This document shows, in pieces, positions 62,267 to 64,000 of a stretch of 64,000 nt of DNA. A program made the position numbers and the translations under genes. This stretch comes from a virus (lineage: Duplodnaviria > Caudoviricetes): IMG/VR virus record IMGVR_UViG_3300031998_000080, positions 832 to 64,831 of that record. The stretch is one strand, 5' to 3'. Within the stretch, counting starts at the first letter, position 1. Every line of letters begins with the position of its first letter. The notes below the pieces were generated by a model, which ran no database searches, was not told the DNA's origin, and saw nothing but the letters and a program-made list of their open reading frames with translations.

Positions 62267-62669
62267 GGTTTTTCAGTTGCTCTATCAGTTCATCGGCGAG
62301 GGCTATGGCATCTTTCACCGCTATCTTGCGGTCATTGTCGAATACGGAGTAGCAGGATTTGCTTTCGTTCACGAGGCCGGCGAGGATGCGGCCGGAGACC
62401 TCGGCCCGGAATGTTTCCCAATAGGTGTCATCGAAGCGGAGTTTCCCAATAATCTGGGCGGTTGGTATGTCCGTCCGATGTTCATTCATCCACTTTTCAA
62501 TCCTCTTCACGGTGCTCTTGCCAGAGCTCTTGCCGTTCTCAACAGCGGAGAGGGTGGCCCTATGAACGCCGACGAGTTCGGCGAACTCTCCCTTCGTCTT
62601 GCAGATTCCTTTCAGTCTCGCCCAGTTGAAGGTGTCCCTCACATAGTTTCCGTACTCAGTGTTGCCCAT
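62259..62669 (-). CDS. XRE HTH-containing protein
   Basis: KGEFAELVGVHRATLSAVENGK. Confidence 0.75.
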   Translation of the reverse strand: MGNTEYGNYVRDTFNWARLKGICKTKGEFAELVGVHRATLSAVENGKSSGKSTVKRIEKWMNEHRTDIPTAQIIGKLRFDDTYWETFRAEVSGRILAGLVNESKSCYSVFDNDRKIAVKDAIALADELIEQLKNHE

Positions 62670-62988
62670 TTCTTTTCTCTTTAAAGCGTTTCAGTATCTC
62701 TTGGTAGAATGATTCCTCGGACTGGAACTCGGAGAGCATCTGGTCGGTGCCGTGCATCGGATTCAGGTCGATTGCTATTTTCACAATGTCCCGAATGTCA
62801 AACCATGTCAGCACCCCGACCACCAATACTTCTTTGGCGAGGGATATTGACGGAACTCCGTGAAGCGTGTAGATTTTTGGCGCGTGTCCGTCCCATTCAA
62901 TCTCCCACCTCGACCACCAGTGTTTCTTGGTGAGCTTGACGTAGTGGAGTATTCCGTCGGCGTTGCAGAGTTGGTATTTCTGTTTCAT
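62656..62988 (-). CDS. Hypothetical protein with C-terminal LTW domain
   Basis: Start at MKQKYQL; VLTWFDIRDIV...FYQEILKRF. Confidence 0.65.
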   Translation of the reverse strand: MKQKYQLCNADGILHYVKLTKKHWWSRWEIEWDGHAPKIYTLHGVPSISLAKEVLVVGVLTWFDIRDIVKIAIDLNPMHGTDQMLSEFQSEESFYQEILKRFKEKRNGQH

Positions 62989-62990
62989 GG

Positions 62991-63302
62991 TTACTTGTCG
63001 TTGTTTCTGTTTCCCATCAGCGTACCGACTGCGTTCCCGATGAGAAGCCACGACTGGGCAGTGTGCGTCTCCACGGTTTCGATCAGGGCCATACCTCGGC
63101 AGAGTCTGAGGATGGCGGGGTCGTTGCGGTATTGCTCGGGTTGTTTTGTGAGGATTCGGCAGATGACGATGAAGGCCCTGTTTCCTCCGATTGCCTTTGG
63201 TCTCCCGATGATCTCGTAGACATAGTATTTGCAGGGGTCTCCGTTGTTGGTGACGCTTTTCCATCGGATTGACCTGCGTGAAAGGTGTGATTTCTTTACC
63301 AT
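62991..63302 (-). CDS. Hypothetical protein
   Basis: ORF track; first gene after an A/C-rich leader. Confidence 0.65.
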   Translation of the reverse strand: MVKKSHLSRRSIRWKSVTNNGDPCKYYVYEIIGRPKAIGGNRAFIVICRILTKQPEQYRNDPAILRLCRGMALIETVETHTAQSWLLIGNAVGTLMGNRNNDK

Positions 63303-63527
63303 GATTTATAAATGGTTATTGGTATTTATAGGTTTTTATAAAAGGGCGTGGTCTTTATTCATGGCTGATAGGAAAGTGTGTTCATTGAAAAAAGGTTGTC
63401 ACGCCCTATGAGAAGGGTGCGGTGGGGTGAAGTGTATTACGTTTTGGTCAATTTGAAGAAGTATGCTATGCAGTATGAAAAAACTGAAAGACCCTGCCAA
63501 CCTCACGGCGGGCTTTTCCGCACCCGT

Positions 63528-63547
63528 AAGTCAGTCAATTAGGGCCG
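63528..63547 (-). repeat. Terminal cassette motif CGGCCCTAATTGACTGACTT
   Basis: Exact core; followed by a GC-rich segment and a U-run instead of an ATG. Confidence 0.9.
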
Positions 63548-63552
63548 GAAAA

Positions 63553-63735
63553 TTATCCAATATAATTTGGATGAGTGCATATAACGAAGTTTAATCCCGT
63601 TCCGTGGTTATGTCCACACTTCCTGCAAGAAGAAGTACCGACAAATCTATCTTCGTAGAATGGACATTTCGTTAATGAATGTTTACCTTCGGTTTCATAA
63701 GGCATTTTGCCTGTATAAGTCCCATTATCTTTCAT
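63553..63735 (-). CDS. Small Cys-rich cassette protein (MKDNGT...)
   Basis: CPF...VGTSSCRKCGH motif; flanked by motifs on both sides. Confidence 0.75.
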   Translation of the reverse strand: MKDNGTYTGKMPYETEGKHSLTKCPFYEDRFVGTSSCRKCGHNHGTGLNFVICTHPNYIG

Positions 63736-63745
63736 ATTCGTTCAA

Positions 63746-63754
63746 TTAGGACCG
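63746..63754 (-). repeat. Variant cassette motif CGGTCCTAA
   Basis: One mismatch; left boundary of duplicate copy 2. Confidence 0.85.
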
Positions 63755-63762
63755 GGAATGAC

Positions 63763-63942
63763 TTACTTCTTCGTCTTCGGGCCGAGTGTTCTGCACATAA
63801 TCTGCGTAACGAGGCAATCGAACTTCCCTTCCTCGTTCAGCACATCGCAAACTGCACAATTAATCTCGTTAAGGTACTCCTCGTCTATGCAAAAATCGTC
63901 CGGGATAGACAAGTCGATGATGATTCGTTTGGCTTTACTCAT
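63763..63942 (-). CDS. Small cassette protein (MSKAKRIIIDLSIPDD...), copy 2
   Basis: Differs from copy 1 by R>C, R>K and three synonymous changes. Confidence 0.75.
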   Translation of the reverse strand: MSKAKRIIIDLSIPDDFCIDEEYLNEINCAVCDVLNEEGKFDCLVTQIMCRTLGPKTKK

Positions 63943-64000
63943 AGCGGTAGCAAGTTTGGTGAATTTAGACTTTCATAAAGTTGGTATGGATTTATTCGTC

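Larger units (their letters stand above)
1..64000. mobile_element. Temperate tailed phage genome (podovirus-like, probable Bacteroidales host), excised/non-integrated arrangement
   Basis: Integrase, repressor, terminase, portal, capsid, tail, lysis and recombination genes in phage-type modules; no host housekeeping genes; attP-like site is internal. Confidence 0.93.
63746..64000. repeat. 255-bp near-duplicate, copy 2 (runs to the window edge)
   Basis: Offset 63204 from 542..796; 6 mismatches. Confidence 0.95.

Noticed and set aside
46-63754. Pistol or twister ribozyme suggested by GCCCUAA / GUCCUAA
   Set aside because: The required pairing partner (UUAGGG on the same strand) and the AAGC continuation are absent
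542-64000. Simple terminal redundancy or circular overlap explaining the match between the window's two ends
   Set aside because: The copies differ at 6 positions, and 1..541 does not match 63205..63745, so it is not a plain overlap
1-64000. Stop-codon reassignment
   Set aside because: Large genes are intact under the standard bacterial code and end in TAA, TAG or TGA without fragmentation

Overview
This window holds most or all of a temperate, podovirus-type phage genome of about 63-64+ kb. The host is probably a Bacteroidota (Bacteroidales) species, judged from TTTG-N19/20-TAnnTTTG promoters and a DUF3127-like protein. The genome is in the excised or virion arrangement: an attP-like 3' half of tRNA-Val(GAC) lies internally, next to a tyrosine integrase. 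Modules from left to right are a small-gene accessory array, replication and recombination genes (initiator, DUF3127-like, YqaJ, RecT), a GNAT gene and excisionase, the repressor switch, attP and integrase, an early operon (PcfK/PcfJ-like), about 2.3 kb of non-coding DNA, RusA, tail and ejection proteins, a 5,359-aa polyvalent protein, portal, terminase, scaffold, capsid, tail fibre, lysis genes and further accessory genes. The four most striking unexplained features are: (1) a gene-cassette system whose small genes are separated by a CGGCCCTAA motif (9 copies in two or three arrays), often followed by stops in all three frames, with a 255-bp near-duplicate whose similarity ends exactly at the motif; (2) six hairpin-CCAAT-spacer-ATG leader modules in the early operon; (3) a protein-like 138-aa ORF overprinted in the +1 frame of the giant protein's disordered linker; (4) a structured non-coding cassette lying between two motifs. 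All family assignments come from motif recognition by eye; no database searches were run.
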